From assembly GCF_963921235.1 (NCBI RefSeq), contig NC_086097.1, positions 68,574,001 to 68,638,000 on the forward strand: a stretch of 64,000 nt of DNA. Direction: 5' to 3'. Below, piece by piece: positions 14,301 through 28,799 of this stretch. The position numbers were made by a program, and so were the translations under genes. Each line of letters begins with the position of its first letter. The first letter of the stretch is position 1. The notes beneath the pieces are model-generated. The model worked only from the letters and a program-made list of their open reading frames with translations, did not search any database and was not told the DNA's origin. The DNA comes from Mobula hypostoma (taxonomy: Eukaryota).

Positions 14301-15033
14301 ACGTTTTTCTTCCTGCCTGTGCTGCATAAGGTTTTTAGTGAGGATCGGTGCACACGGACCTACTCCACTATTTAGACTGGAGGGTGTTCCACAATGGCAT
14401 AGTGAGTGAGCTGCGATGACTCCAGGCACCGCAAGGCTGTAGGTTGAGTATCGAAGAGCGTTCCTTCTCCAAGACAGACTGCCTGGCAAGGCTAACAAGT
14501 CCTATCTACCCTGGTTTGGAATCAGAGTTGTCCTTCTCCTAGGCCAGCTGCCAACCAAGGCTGATCAGCCCAGCATGCCTGCCCAGTTATACCACTGGGC
14601 ACTCTGTCGCACCATGACATAGCAAACTCTGTAAGAACAGGGATGCCACGTGAAGTCCTTGCTATGGGACACAGCAGTGTAGGACAGCCCATATGTGAGT
14701 CACCTCCTGCATAGCAAGCCAAGCAGTGGTCCTGTGGCAATCACTACACTTGGAAAGGAGAGGCTACAGAAGACATTTCACCTTAAGTGAGCAGGACGTC
14801 CGGCCCAGGACTCACCTACATCTTCTGTAAAATTGTTATATAAGTAAGTTATTGTTTTTTTTCTCAGCTCAGGCTAGTAAAACCTGAGGTAGGAGCTAGG
14901 AACTTTTAAAATATTTACAAAGATATTGCGGTGTAACTGTTGATGAAATTTGTCCCTGTATCCTGTCATGTCAGTCTCAAGTTCCATTACTCAGTAATAT
15001 ACACACTTTATGAATACGTTCACTTCTAATCAC

Positions 15034-15428
15034 CATTTCATGTGGGTGTCTTTCTTCTCTTAACTGCTTGAATGGTCTCAGTTGAAAGTGGACTGCTCCC
15101 CTGAGAAACGCTTGCAGCAGTCACAGCCAGTGGTGTTGGTGGGCTACTTGGAGTGCTGGCAGTAACTTTTTCAGGTTTCCCGGTGCCTGCCTGCCTATTC
15201 AGCAGTGCACCACGAGTGGTTCGCTTACTGTCATGCCCAATGTTAGCTCCGGCATGCCGTGATGATTGCCAGGCAGCAGCCGTATCCCCCTATTCCGCAG
15301 ACACCTCTCCATTTCTAAAGTGAAAGGGTATTGTCTTTTACACCGACAGCCAGGTCTTAGTTTCAGCCGCCCCTAGCAAAGAGAACAAATGCCGACCAGA
15401 ATACCGCCCAATCTGGGTATAGCCATGT
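15034..15428 (-). pseudogene. LYST-like exon
   Basis: Ungapped match LFSLLGAAETKTWLSV*KTIPF~LLGILKIIESDTTMSPSQYLTF, then an S/T/P-rich linker. cag acceptor. Phase-1 G|GT end fits the phase-1 start at 6340. Confidence 0.65.
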
Positions 15429-15519
15429 CTGGATTTGTTATAAAATAATAACTAATTATTATTATGATACAACAGTTAGGGATTCAACAAGGACAAGGCA
15501 GAAAATTTATCATCTATCA

Positions 15520-15623
15520 ACTCTCTTTGGAAGTCACTGTAAAACTATGAGAAGTTTCTGGGACCTTTGTGTTACAGATTAATTAAAGCATATAATGCAA
15601 AAAAAAATTCATCAACAACTTCT
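15520..15623 (-). pseudogene. LYST-like exon
   Basis: ctcttctatcag acceptor. KLLMNFF~RVLVDLL; TQRSQKLLIVLQ*LPKR~RTCSEELTLLLRIFLEK. Confidence 0.55.
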
Positions 15624-16940
15624 CTGATAGAAGAGATCACATTGATTAAAGTAATCACTAATAGTCAACCTTGTTATGTCAAATCCAGTTTATGTTTTCC
15701 TTTGCCCATTATAAACAACATTATCCCTCAATTCAGATAATTACAACTAATTATCACATCACAGTTGTCCTGTTCAATGAAGTGAAAAAGAGAATGGGTT
15801 TTATACTGAACATCCACATTACAAAATGTCCTCCACCAACCTACAATGACTGCAAAGCCAGCCAACGCAGTGAAGGTCTATAATGAGTCCCTAGAAATGT
15901 GGACCTCTTCCCACAACTCAGGAACCACTACTCAGCAAAGCTAATGGTCAATTATGAAATTCATTATTGCCTTCCATGCATATGTACAGAATGACCATCT
16001 GAAGAAAACAAAGAAGATCGAGACTTCAAAGATGGTACCAGGCTCCTCATCCACCATGCAGCAGTAATCTTGGTTCTTTGTATACATCAGAGAATTGAAC
16101 TTACCTTGACAAGCAAATCACTGGAGAGATACCAACATTGAGTGACTGCCAAGAGGACAAAAATGTTCTCAAATGCAACATACTCCCTGACTCACAGTCC
16201 ATAGCTATTCAAAAACAGAGAAGCATCTATCAAGGCACTGGTAACTTCAGATCTCTTTTAAATGTCAAATACTGCAGAATATACATTTAAGGTGAGAGGG
16301 TTACATTTAAAGGAGATGTGCAAAGCAAGATTTTTGTTACACAGAGAGTGGTAGGTGCCTGGAATGGGCTGTACGGAGTAGTGGTAGAAGCAGATATCAT
16401 AGTGGTGCTAAGGAGGCTTTTAGGAAAATAATGAATATCCAGGGAATGGAGGGATACTGATCACGTGGAGGGACTAGAGGTTTAGTTTAATTTGACAGCA
16501 TGTTTGGCGTAGACACTATGGGCCAAACAGTTCAGTCCTGTACTTACTGTTCTATATTTGTCCAAACATGCAGAAGCCTCGTGAAAATAGTGAATTGAGA
16601 GCAAATCATGCCACATCCAGAAACCCCTACCCATTAGGCACCACCAGCTGCAACTGCAGCTGCATCTACAGACCTCACATAGACCCCATTAAGCATTTCA
16701 GAACCCATGAAAATGATATGGAAACAAGTATACATTAATACAAAGAGACCTAAACACACTCTAGTAATTATTATTACTTATCACTTAGTTATGTTGTCCA
16801 GTTTATGTTTTGCTCATTTTTAAAATTGAGAAGTAAATCAAACCTACAGTAGCTCACACTCCTGCATTCATTATTCAAGAAATACCATTATTTATGTTAA
16901 TTCAAAGTTCAATGTCAATTTATTATGAAAGTATGCATAC

Positions 16941-19900
16941 ATAGAACATAGAATAGTACAGCACATTACAGGCCCTTTGGCCCGCAATGTTGTGTCGACC
17001 CTCAAACACTGCCTCCCATATAACCCCCCACCTTAAATTCCTCCATATACCTGTCTAGTAGTCTCTTAAACTTCACGAGTGTATCTGCCTCCACCACTGA
17101 CTCAGGTAGTGCATTCCACACACCAACCACTCTCTGAGTAAAAAATTTCCTCTAATACCCTCCTTGAACTTCCCACCCCTTACCTTAAAGCCACGTCCTC
17201 TTGTATTGAGCAGTGGTGCCCTGGGGAAGAGGCGCTGACTATCCACTCTATCTATTCCTCTTATTATCTTGTACACCTCTATCATGCCTCCTCTCATCCT
17301 CCTTCTCTCAAGAGAGTAAAGCCCTAGCTCCCTTAATCTCTGATTATAATGCATACTCTCTAAACAAGGCAGCATCCTGGTACATCTCCTCTGTACCCTT
17401 TCCAATGCTTCCACATCCCTCCTATAGTGAGGCGCCCAGAACTGAACACAGTACTCCAAGTGTGGCCTAACCAGAGTTTTATAGAGCTGCATCATTATAT
17501 CGCGACTCTTAAACTCTATCCCTCGACTTATGAAAGCTAACACCCCATAAGCTTTCTTAACTACCCTATCTACCTGTGAGGCAACTTTCAGGGATCTGTG
17601 GGCATGTACCCCCAGATGCCTCTGCTCCTCCACACTACTAAGTATCCTGCCACTTACTTTGTACTCTGCCTTGGAGTTTGTCCTTCCAAAGTGTACCACC
17701 TCACACTTCTCCGGGTTGAACTCCATCTGCCACTTCTCAGCCCACTTCTGCATCCTATCAAAGTCTCTCTGCAATCTTCGACAATCCTCTACACTATCTA
17801 CAGCACCACCAACCTTTGTGTCGTCTGCAAACTTGCCAACCCACCTTTCTATCCCCACATCCAGGTTGTTAATAAAAATCACGAAAAGTAGAGGTCCCAG
17901 AACAGATCCTTGTGGGACACCACTAGTCACAATCCTCCAATCTGAATGTACTCTCTCCACCACGACCCTCTGCCTTCTGCAGGCAAGTCAATTATGAATC
18001 CACCTGGCCAAACTTCCCTGGATCCCATGCCTTCTGACTTTCTGAATAAGCCTACCGTGTGGAACCTTGTCAAATGCCTTACTAAAATCCATATACATCA
18101 CATCCACTGCACTACCCTCATCGATATGCCTGATCAACTCCTCAAAGAACTCTATCAGGCTTGCTAGACACGATCTGCCCTTCACAAAGCCATGCTAACT
18201 GTCCCTGATCAGACCATGATTCTCTAAATGTCCATAGATCCTACCTCTAAGAATCTTTTCCAACAGCTTTCCCACCACAGACGTAAGGCTCACTGGTCTA
18301 TAATTACCCGGACTATCCCTACTACCTTTTTTGAACAAGGGGACAACATTCGCCTCCCTCCAATCCTCCGGTACCATTCCCGTGGACAACAAGGACATAA
18401 AGATCCTAGCCAGAGGCTCAGCAATCTCTTCCCTCGTCTTGTGGAGCAGCCTGGGGAATAATCTGTCAGGCCCTGGGGACTTATCCGTCCTAATGTATTT
18501 TAACAACTCCAACACATCCTCTCCCTTAATTTAACATGCTCCAGAACATCAACCTCACTCATATTGTCCTCACCATCATCAAGTTCCCTCTCATTGGTGA
18601 ATACCGGAGAAGTATTCATTGAGGACCTCGCTCACTTCCACAGCCTCTAAGCAAATCTTCCCACCTTTCTCTCTAATCAGTCCTACCTTCACTCCTGTCA
18701 TCCTTTTTTTCTTCAGATAATTGAAGAATGCCTTAGGGTTTTCCTTTACCCTACTCGCCAAGGCCTTCTCATGCCCCCTTCTTGCTCTTCTCAGCCCCTT
18801 CTTAAGCTCCTTTCGTGCTTCCCTATATTCCTCAAGAGACCCATCTGATCCTTGCTTCCTAAACCTCATGTATGCTGCCTTCTTTCACCTGACTAGATTT
18901 TCCACCTCTCTTGTCACCCATGGTTCCTTCACCCTACCATTCTTTATCTTCCTCATTGGGACAAATTTATCCCTAACATCCTGTAAGAGATCTCTAAACA
19001 TCGACCACATGTCCATAGTACATTTACCTGCAAAAACATCATCCCAATTCACACCCGCAAGTTCTAGCCTCATAGCCTCATAATTTACCCTTCCCCAATT
19101 AAAAATGTTCCTGTCCTCTCTGATTCTATCCTTTTCCATGATAATGCTAAAGGCCAGGGAGTGGTGGTCACTGTCCCCCAGATGCCCACCCACTGAGAGA
19201 TCTGTGACCTGACCTGGTTCAATACCTAGTACTAGATCTAGTATGGCATTCCCCCTAGTCGGCCTGTCCATGTACTGTGACAGGAATTCATCCTGGACAC
19301 ACTTAACCAACTCTGCCCCATTTAAACCCTGGGAACTAATCAGGTGCCAATCAATATTAGGGAAGTTAAAGTCACCCATGATAACAACTCTGTTATTTTT
19401 GCACCTTTCCAAAATCTGCCTCCCAATCTGCTCCTCGGTATCTCTGCTGCTACCAGGGGGCCTAGAGAATACTCCCAGTAGAGTAACTGCTCCCTTCCTG
19501 TTCCTGACTTCCACCCATACTGACTCAAGAGAGGATCCTGCTATATTACCCACCTTTTCTGTAGCTGTAATAGTATCCCTGACCAGTAATGCCACCCCTC
19601 CTCCCCTTTTCCCCCCTCTCTATCCCTTTTAAAGCACTGAAATCCAGGAATATTGAGAATCCATTCCTGCCCTGGTGCCAGCCAAGTCTCTGTAATGGCC
19701 ACTACATCATAATTCCATTTATGTATCCAAGCTCTCAGTGCATCACTTTTGTTCCTAATGCTTCTTGCATTGAGGTACACACACTTCAGCCCTTCTACCT
19801 TACTGTCTTTACACTGTTTATTCTGCTTCTCTTTCCTCAAAGCCTCTCTGTATGTTAGACCTGACTTTACTCCATGCACTTCTTCCACTGCTCTATCGCT

Positions 19901-20540
19901 CCAGGTCCCATCCCCCTTGCAAATTAGTTTAAACCCCCCCGAACCACGCTAGCAAACCTACCTGCAAGGATATTGCTCCCCCTCGAGTTCAGGTGCAACC
20001 CATCCAATCTACACAGGTCCCACTTTCCCCAGAAGAGATCCCAATGATCCAAAAATCTAAAATACTGCTCCCTGCACCAACTCCTCAGCCACGCATTCAA
20101 CTACCATTTCCTCCAATTCTTACCATTACTGTCACATAGCACTGGCAGCAATCATGAGAACGCCACCCTTGGGGTCCTGTTCTTCAACCTTCTGCCTAGT
20201 ACCCGAAACTCACACTTCAGGACCTCATCCCTCTTCCTGCCTATGTCATTGGTACCAACATGTATCATGACTTCTGGTTGCTTTCCCTCTCGTACCAGAA
20301 TGTCATGCACCTGGTCAGAGACATCCCGAACCCTAGCACCCGGGAGGCAACAAACCATGTGGGTGTCCTTCTCACATCCACAAAATCTCCTGTCTGCTCC
20401 CCTGACTATAGAGTCTCCAAAGGTGACAGCTCTCCTCTTCTCCATCCCATCCTTCTGCACCACCGGGTCAGACTCAGTGCCGGAAGCCCTGCCACCATGG
20501 CTCACACCTGGTCGGTCGTCCCCGCCAACAGTATCCAACA
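16941..20540 (-). mobile_element. Long CR1 LINE (ORF1 esterase, ORF2 endonuclease+RT), frameshifted
   Basis: GDSIVRG/CLPGARV/HVGTND (SGNH esterase); YLNARS, ITETW, GDFN, SDH (endonuclease); PQGSVLGP, FADD (RT); (ttctatg)n tail. Confidence 0.95.
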
Positions 20541-20544
20541 GTAA

Positions 20545-22150
20545 CAGTATAACAGTATCTCTGAATAAACTTATTATTCAGGGGACTGGCTACCTTGAGA
20601 TTCTTTCTTACAGGCACTTACAGAAAAAAAGTAAATAGAATAGAATTTTACGAAGAAGTATACATAAACAAAGACTGACAGACAACCAATGTGCAAAAGG
20701 CAGACTATGCAAATAAAAATAATACTGACAGCATGAGTTGTAGAGTCCTTGAAAATCAGTCTGTAGGTCATAGAATCAGTGCAGAGTAGTGGTGACTGAA
20801 GTTATCAAGCTCATTCAGAACCTGGAGGTGTGGGACCGAAGGCTTCTGTATTTCCTGCTCGATGGAAGTAGCAGGAAGAGAGCGTGGCCTGGGTATTTTT
20901 TATTTTATTATTTATTTTACTGAGATGTTGTGCAGCCTTCTGGCCCTTCTAGCCACACCGTCCAGCAATCCCCAATTTAATCCTAGCGTAATCATGGGAC
21001 AATCTACAATGACCAATTAACCTACCAACTGGTACGTCTTTGGACTGTGGGAGGAAACCAAACCACCTGGACGAAACTCATGCAGTCACAGGGAGAAAGA
21101 ACCTGGGAATTGAACCCAGGTCACCTGTATCGTAAAGCATCGTTTTAACCACTAAGCTACCATGAAAGGTGGGTCTTTGATGATGGATGCTGCTTTCTTA
21201 TGACAGTGCTCCATATAAATGCACTCAATGGTAGAGAGAGCTTTGCCCATGATGGACTGGGCTGTGTCCACCACTTTCTGTAGCCTTTTCCATTTCTGGG
21301 CATTGGTGTTTCCATACCAGGCCGTGATACAACTGGTTAGAATACTCTCCACTGTCCATCTATAGAAGTTTTTGGGAACATACCAAATCTGCTCTAACTT
21401 TTAAGAAAGTAGAGATGCAGTCATGCTTTCTTTGTGATGACACTTAAGCATTGGCTGCATGACAGATCCTCATATGTTAACACTGGGGAATTTAGAGCTA
21501 TTGGCTATCTCCACCTCAATGCTCCCAATGAAGACTGGGTCATGGCTTCCTCCTCCTCCAGTCAATTACCAGCTGTTTAATTTTGCTGATACTGAGTGAG
21601 AGGTTGTTGCAGTACCACACAAACAGATTTTCAATCGCCCTCCTATATGCCGATTCATCGCTACCTTTAATTCCGCCAACAACTCTGGTGTCCTCAGCAA
21701 AATAAAACACGACACTGGAGCTGTACATAGTCACACAATCATAAACAGAAAGTGATAGAACAGAGGCTATGCACACACCATTGTGGTGCACCTGTGCCAA
21801 TAGTGAGTTACCAATCTGTACTAACTGGGGTCTACCGTGATGAGATCGAGAATCCAGTGCTAAATACTGAGGCCTAGGTCTTGGAGCTTAGTGGTAAGGT
21901 TTCGAGGGTATAATAGTGTTGAATACTGAGCTAGAGCCAATGAAGAGCATGCCAATGTATGCATCTTCATTGTCTAGGTATTCCAGAGCTGACTGAAGAA
22001 CCAATGAAATGGCATCTGTGGTTGCCCTGTTGTGATGGTAGGCAAATTGGAGTGCATCCAAGTTGACTCTCAAACAAGAGATGATATGCTTCATGACCAA
22101 CCTCTCAAAGCACTTCATCATAGCTGATGGAAGTGCTACTGCATGATAGC
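20545..22150 (-). mobile_element. Rex1-type LINE interrupted by a tRNA SINE (~20895-21160)
   Basis: MKCFERLV, DALQFAY, ESILTSCITAWYG. SINE B-box gggttcaattccc on the minus strand. Confidence 0.85.
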
Positions 22151-22296
22151 TCGTATAATAAAGATGATTCCACAGTGATCTTATTTTTACAAATAATATT
22201 TTTTCGTTAATTTAGTCTGCTCTACTGATCGGTTACTGTGGTAATACCACAAAATCAGAAAACGGAGTACTGTCAGACAAACGTTAGATGTTTGAA

Positions 22297-22524
22297 TTGC
22301 TCCATTATATATGAAATATTTTTCTTGCAACAAAATCTGCTCAGTGCCTATATCTCAACAGCCAATACAGAATGAAAACACTGTTTAATGTCAAGCCAAT
22401 CGATTAACAAACATGCAACAGACAAGTTTGCATGAACCTTTGCTCTGTAAATAATTAACAACTACATGCAGATTGCTATCAGTTCAGGCAAATATTCTTT
22501 AACAAACGAATGCTGATCAGGTGA
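22297..22524 (-). pseudogene. LYST-like segment
   Basis: One frame with two stops: AICM*LL~EICMLEL; QCFHSVL~HVFESFL; KKNISYIMEQ~EKNVFLLMQQ. Confidence 0.65.
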
Positions 22525-25039
22525 TTTATATAGAAACAAGACAGTCCATAATTCTAATTCATTATTGATACTTTTCACAGATATTTAAAAATATGTACAA
22601 CAAAATATATAGTGTATTTCTATACCTAGAGGTTAGCAAAGGATACCCAATGATTTTGAAGAAGATATATGCTGGAGTCAATACACATAATTAATGTAGT
22701 GTTAGTATAAATTGAATTTGCCTGAAAAATGAACGAAAACTTCCAGAAATTATACAATGAGCCAGAAAACACCGGATTAATCAGAAATCATGTTAGAATC
22801 TAGATAAAATCTGAAAGTGAACAATGAGATTTCAAGGATGAATTATGGGATCATTTTAAAGCCAAAAAAGTTTAAGGAATTCACATTATTCAAGTAATTC
22901 CAGAAAAATTAACTGAGACTAACAAACTTTCACCACCACCTTTCAGACAGTACCACCATTTTTGTGTCAATTTCTCTTGCTCTTTATCCTATCACAGACA
23001 GTAATTTAATGTCACAGTCCATTTTTTGATGTACGTATACCAATGTGAAAGATAATTATTTCTTATCGAATGAGTGTCTAATCTCAAGTAACATCCAGAC
23101 TCTGTTCTGCAAATTTAAAATTTAAATTGCAGAGTTTTATTCAAATATATTCAAAATCAAGCACAGTGTAAGTGCTAGTACCTAATTTAGTAAATATTTT
23201 GAAGGTTATTTAACCAATCTCAGTCCAAGTACAAAAATAAAATATCAATTAGTCAAAGAAAACAAAAATCTAAAACCACTAAAAGTCATGCACTGAACAT
23301 ACCCTGAAAGCTGGTGCACACAAAGAAAGCAGCCAAACCTTAATGGATTTTACAAAGTTTGACAAAAGCTTACAATTCTGCTATAGGGAACTTTAACAAA
23401 GTTGTTAATGGATTAAAAAAAGAAAGCACTGGAAACATTCAGTAGGTCTAGAAGCAACTATAAAAAGCAAAACACAGCAAATGTTTCAGGTCAAAGACTT
23501 ATTCACAACTGGGAAAGGGAGAAAACAGGTTAGTTTTAAGTTGCAGCAAAGACTTTGTAGGGATAGATAATGGATTAGCAGCAACATTTAGTGATAACAC
23601 AGATGGAGGTGTATAAAAGGTGTCAAAATACACGGCTGTCAAACATCATCCAGCAAATAAAGGAAAGTTAAAGCTGCAAACTTCACAGCTGATGGAAATA
23701 TTCAGTGGATCAGGTTGTCCTAACAGAGAAAGAAACACTAAGCCAATATTACAGGTCAATGACTTAAGCAGAAATAACCAATCCTGAAGGATAGGAGAAA
23801 AAGTTATCGCAAGCTATAGAATTCAGTTTTGAGTTCAGAAGACTAACATACCCAGATGGAAGATGAGCCATTGTTTCTCAAAGCAGTGTTGGGTCTCATT
23901 AAAACTGACGACAGGCAGCTGGGTCAGAATATATGTGGGATGGAAAGTATTAAAGTGCATTAATACTATGAAACTTATTTCTAAATTATTTTTGAATATT
24001 TGTAGCCATGAAGAATAAAAGATACTTGTTAATTACAGATCTATAATATTGTATGGAGCTTAATATACCTAGTTTATATTTAGGGTAGAAATTTATTGGT
24101 GGTGTCATGTTTCAAGCAAGTTCAAGACAATAAAATATAATTTTATAATTTAATAGTATTTTCAAATAAGTAAAACAAAATCAACCAGCAATAATACTTC
24201 TACTGACATAAATTTATTCAGTAAAATCTTAAAATAATAAATCTTATCAGATACCTTGCTTGGTCTCTATTCAAAATATACTCATTTCATTCTCAGTCCA
24301 ACACACATCTCTCACAAACTAGAACGTAAACACACTAAATGGCACAAAACAAAAGATGGCACTTTATTGAGTTCAGTTACCACTAGAATTTTAAAAAAGG
24401 AAAATGATGGAAATACTCAGCAAATTATGAAAGTGGAGCAGAGTTAATTTTTCAGGTTGATGATCTTTCATCAGAACTAAAACAAAAGGTTTGAAGTATT
24501 TTTAAGTTGCATAAAAAGAGGGTTTAAGTAGTAGGATGGAGACGAACAAGAGACTGAATGACAGTAAAAATGGTGGTGGCAGCTGAGAAAGGGTGGTGAA
24601 AGCTTCATAGTTAGAGCTAATTGGTCTGGAGAAAATGTAGATAAGAATCAATGAGGACAGAAGGGAGAGAAAAATAACACTGCTGGAGATCAGAAACAAA
24701 GATGTTCTTCCTCCAGCTTGCTTTGGGCTTTGAGAAACAATGCAAGGCAACAAGGACAGGGAGTCAGAATGAGAGTGGGATGAAAGAGATAGGTAACTGG
24801 AAGCTCAAGGTTACCATCGTGAACTATTTTAAAAGCAGTCATTCAATCTACACTTAGCTCCTCCTGTACACATTACTGAACACTATACTAAATTAGTAGA
24901 AACACCATTGACCTGATGTTTCATCTGGAAGAAAAATTTTGAGTCCCTGGCTGGTATGAAGGACAGAGTTAATAGGATATATGTTTTGATATTTTGGCCA
25001 TCTTTTCAAAACTAACTTAATTATTTCTCTAAACAATAT

Positions 25040-25357
25040 CTATTATGAAGTTCTCATTATCTATTATGAAGCAACAATCTCTGCTGGCTTCAGTTAGCAT
25101 ATCAGCAGTATTAAAACATCAGTAATAGAATTATGCACAGACAAACTGGGCCATCAAAATCAGTCATAGCTGTACTATTTGCTGTGCCTCTATCTCCTTT
25201 CACACTAGCAAAGACTGACGTATTATTCAACAGGAACTATATTGACATCAATCTGTTCAACATCAACATCAAAAGATGTTCAATTTTGCCACATTCAGGG
25301 ATTCCAGAAGGGATACTTAAGATGTTCATGTAGCTAGATGGATATGACGCCGTGTAC
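25040..25357 (-). pseudogene. LYST-like segment
   Basis: VHGVISI*LHEHLK~VESILFEMRDHLS; DMLTEASRDCCF~DFSEEAEDSQCCSF. Confidence 0.55.
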
Positions 25358-26574
25358 CTCAACAGTAAGAGAATTCTATTTATCAGGCATGTTCAATTTT
25401 AATTTTGGACACGATGCCAGTTTTTAATCAGGTCCAAAATCTTGAACTGAGAGCAATTCTTCCTTGAATTATCACAAATGTTTAACTTCAAATTTAATCA
25501 GAAGTTCTGATGAATTCCAATTCATGAAACTAGGGGAGAAATTCGCCACTGGTTGGAACCACACCTATCATAAAGAAAAGATAGCTCTGGTGGCTGGAGA
25601 TCAATCATCTCAGCCACAGGACATCTCTGTAGGAATTCCTCAGACCAAACATCTTCAGCAGCTTCATCGGAAGTAGGGATGTCTCCTGATTATTGCACAT
25701 TGTTCAGCTACATTTGCAACTCCTTAGACAAATGAAGCAATCCACATCCAAACTGAAGAAGACTTGGACAATATCTAGGCCTGAGCTGAAAGGTGGGAAT
25801 TGACATTCATACCACACAAGTGCCAGGCAATGATGATATCCAGTACCAGACAATTCAGTTATCAGCCTCTGACATTCAATAGTATTACCAAACTGAATCC
25901 CCCATTATTAATTACTATATTTAGCTATTACCATTGACCAAAACCTGAAATAAACATATATGCAATGTGTCTACAGGAGAAAATCAAAGCTAGAAATTCT
26001 GTGGCAAATAACTCCCAAAAGCCTATCCACCATCCACCATCTACACGAATGCTCTCCAAACTGAAACATATCTAATTAGAGGATTTTCAGCATTAAGTCA
26101 CTACTATTTTTCTCATTTCCTCCCTCATATTTTGCATCTCTTAAAATATGCTCTGTACCCATGGAGCAATGTTTTGAACTTCCCAAAGCTGTATCATTTA
26201 ATCAGGTGGAAAAACTAGAATAACTATCTTCAAGTCTAAGTTAAATATCAATGAGTTTGGTCACTGTTCCTTTGTTTTCTGAAATCCTACTGGCTGACAA
26301 TAGATATTCATTCAATTTATGGTGGATTGTTATATATGACTGTGATATATTCAAACTGCTTAAACACTCACAATGTGGAGTAACAAATATTAAAGTTTTA
26401 TTAGTATTGAATAACAAACAGTGTGTCCTAAATCTTTTCTTCTCCCATTGGCATTGGTAACACTGGATAGTTGTGGTTTAAAAAAAAAGTGGATGCATTA
26501 TTTAACATAAGAGAATAAAATGTTCACACCTGCATTCTTGTAAAAATAAAGATTATCACTGACTTCATCAAATT

Positions 26575-27910
26575 CTGCATGGATGAGTGAATGCCTTCAA
26601 GAACATATTGAGTATTCCCAAAAAAGAAGCCTGGGATGAACCAGGAGATTCACAGTCTGCTGAGGGCTGGATCTGTGGTGTTCAAGACAAGTGATACAAA
26701 ATACTACAAGAAGTCCAGGTATAACCTACAGAAGGCCATTATGAGAGTGAAAAGACAACTCCAAGTGAAACTAGAAACACAATCAAATGCATGACAGCCG
26801 TGGCAGGACTTGCATTCATTATCTCCTATAAGGTGAAACCGACCAGCATAAATGGCAGTGATGCTTCACTCCCCGACAAACTCAACAACTTTCAGCCATG
26901 CTTCGAAAGGGGGAATAATATTGCACTTGTGCGAATCCCCATAGCATCTGACAACCCTGTGATCTGTCTCAGAGGCTGAGGTCAGAACATGCTTCATGAC
27001 TCTGGACCCTCGCAAGGCATTCTGCCCTGAAAGTGTAACTGGCTGGATACTGTAAACTTCTGCTGATCAACCAGCTAGAGTCTTCAAGTGCATCTTCAAC
27101 CTCTCACTGCTGTGGTTTTAAGTTCCCACCTTCTTCAAAAGGTCAGCAATCATACCAGTGCCTAAGGGGAGTAAAGTGAGCTGCATCAACAACTATGCCT
27201 GGTATCCACCATAATGAAATACTTTATGAGGTTGGTTGGGGCCAGAATTAACTATTACTTGAGCAATGAACTGAACCTGCTACAGTTCACCTATCGTCAC
27301 AACAGGACTACAGCAGGTACAATTGCACTGGCTCTCCACCTTGCTTTGGAGCACTTACACAACCACAAAATACATTGTATGTCAGGCTGCTGTTTGTAAT
27401 TACACCTCAGCATTCAATACTATAATCTCCTCAGTACCAATAACCAAAACCTGAACCTCTATACCTCCTTATAGAAGCACCAGTCAGTGGAGATCTGTAA
27501 TATTATCTCCTCATCTTTGACAAAGAACACAGGAACACCTCAAAGATGTGTGTCTACCCTGCCATTTTACTCTCTCTACACTCATGACTGTGCAGCTAAA
27601 TACAGCTTAAATGCCATTTATAAATTTATGAATGTCCACGAACCTTATCTTATCATTCCTTTTTGCCTTTCAGCACAATTTACTTTTGTAACTAATAGTA
27701 ATTTTATGCTTTTGCACTGTACTGCCTTTTCTGGTTGAACAATTTATCATCTCTTGCACATTGGTTGTCTCTCCGTCTTTGTTTTGTGTGGTTTTTCATT
27801 GATTCTAATGTGTTTCTTTGTACCTACTGTGAAAGCCCACAAGAAAATTAATCGTAAGGTTATATATGGTGACGTATTGGAACTTTGATAATACATTTAC
27901 TTTGAATTTT
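26575..27910 (+). mobile_element. Rex1-type LINE fragments
   Basis: SDASLPDKLNNF, MKYFMRLV, LQFTYRHNR, NTGTPQRC. Confidence 0.8.
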
Positions 27911-28047
27911 GCTGATATAAAAAAAAATCATGTTTCCTAAGTCAGTAATAACAAATCTGATTTTGATTTTGAAAGACGTTTGTTGTTGATAGCTCTAATG
28001 TCAGTTTTCATTTACGACTACTCGCCAATTTAAATCCATGGTTTTGC

Positions 28048-28217
28048 TTGTCATTTTATGGCACTAAAAGCAATGATATTGAGCTCACCACATTCACTTA
28101 ACAATTTGGCTTGTATATTTTCTGGCTTTCTTGGCATGTTGTGCTTGTCAAGACTTCAGCAGTCTCATTCTCTCTTGGAAATGATACATTCATTCTTGAT
28201 TTAGACCAGCTTATTTG
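28048..28217 (-). pseudogene. LYST-like segment
   Basis: tag acceptor. AEVLTSTTCQES~AKLFTSQES, then after a frameshift IQAKLL~LQSIRLL. Confidence 0.4.
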
Positions 28218-28608
28218 CTATTTCAGAGGAAATTTTGCTTTTTATGATTAAGTTTAATACATTATAGTGAAATTGTCAGCCAGTTCCAACCCAGGAAATT
28301 CCAGTTTTATTTTTACCAGACTGACAGGGTAGCACAAAGCAAAGCAAATAGGAACAGGTAAAGAGAAAGTATCAAGAAGTGAGTTGGCAGAGGAGAAAAT
28401 GAGGGAAGAGAATGAGACTGGAATGTAAACAAGATAGGGAAGAAGGAAAAGAAGCAGCAAGGATATCAGAATTGACGTTTTTACCAGAAAAGTATGACAG
28501 AAAAATATATGAATTAGAATGCATGTGACATTGAAAACATTAACCATAAAAATTATATGAAGTGCAAAAGAGAAAAGACAGAGGAGAGGAAAAAATGTGT
28601 ATATAAAT

Positions 28609-28679
28609 AGAGAGAGAGAGCGAGCGAGCGAGAGACAGAGAGAGAGAGAGCAAGAGAGAGCGAGCGAGAGAGCAAGAGA
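28609..28679. repeat. (GA)n/(GAGC)n microsatellite
   Basis: Direct reading. Confidence 0.95.
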
Positions 28680-28799
28680 ATGATGAAAACTAATTTTTTT
28701 CCCTTTAACTAAATTAAGTTAACAATTTTAAATTCACAACTGCAAAATATTGCTTTAACAGTTTACTTTATTGGCTTTTGGACAAAAGAAGCATTTATT

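Noticed and set aside
14170..14815. GC-richer segment with several short ORFs
   Set aside because: It looks like a non-coding retroelement end inserted in an older LINE tail. I could not assign a family or protein.
17073..20538. Active CR1, or a novel esterase-RT system
   Set aside because: ORF2 is broken by several frameshifts, and an esterase in ORF1 is a known CR1 feature.
17213..20638. Plus-strand ORFs over the CR1
   Set aside because: Antisense shadows of CR1 ORF1 and ORF2.
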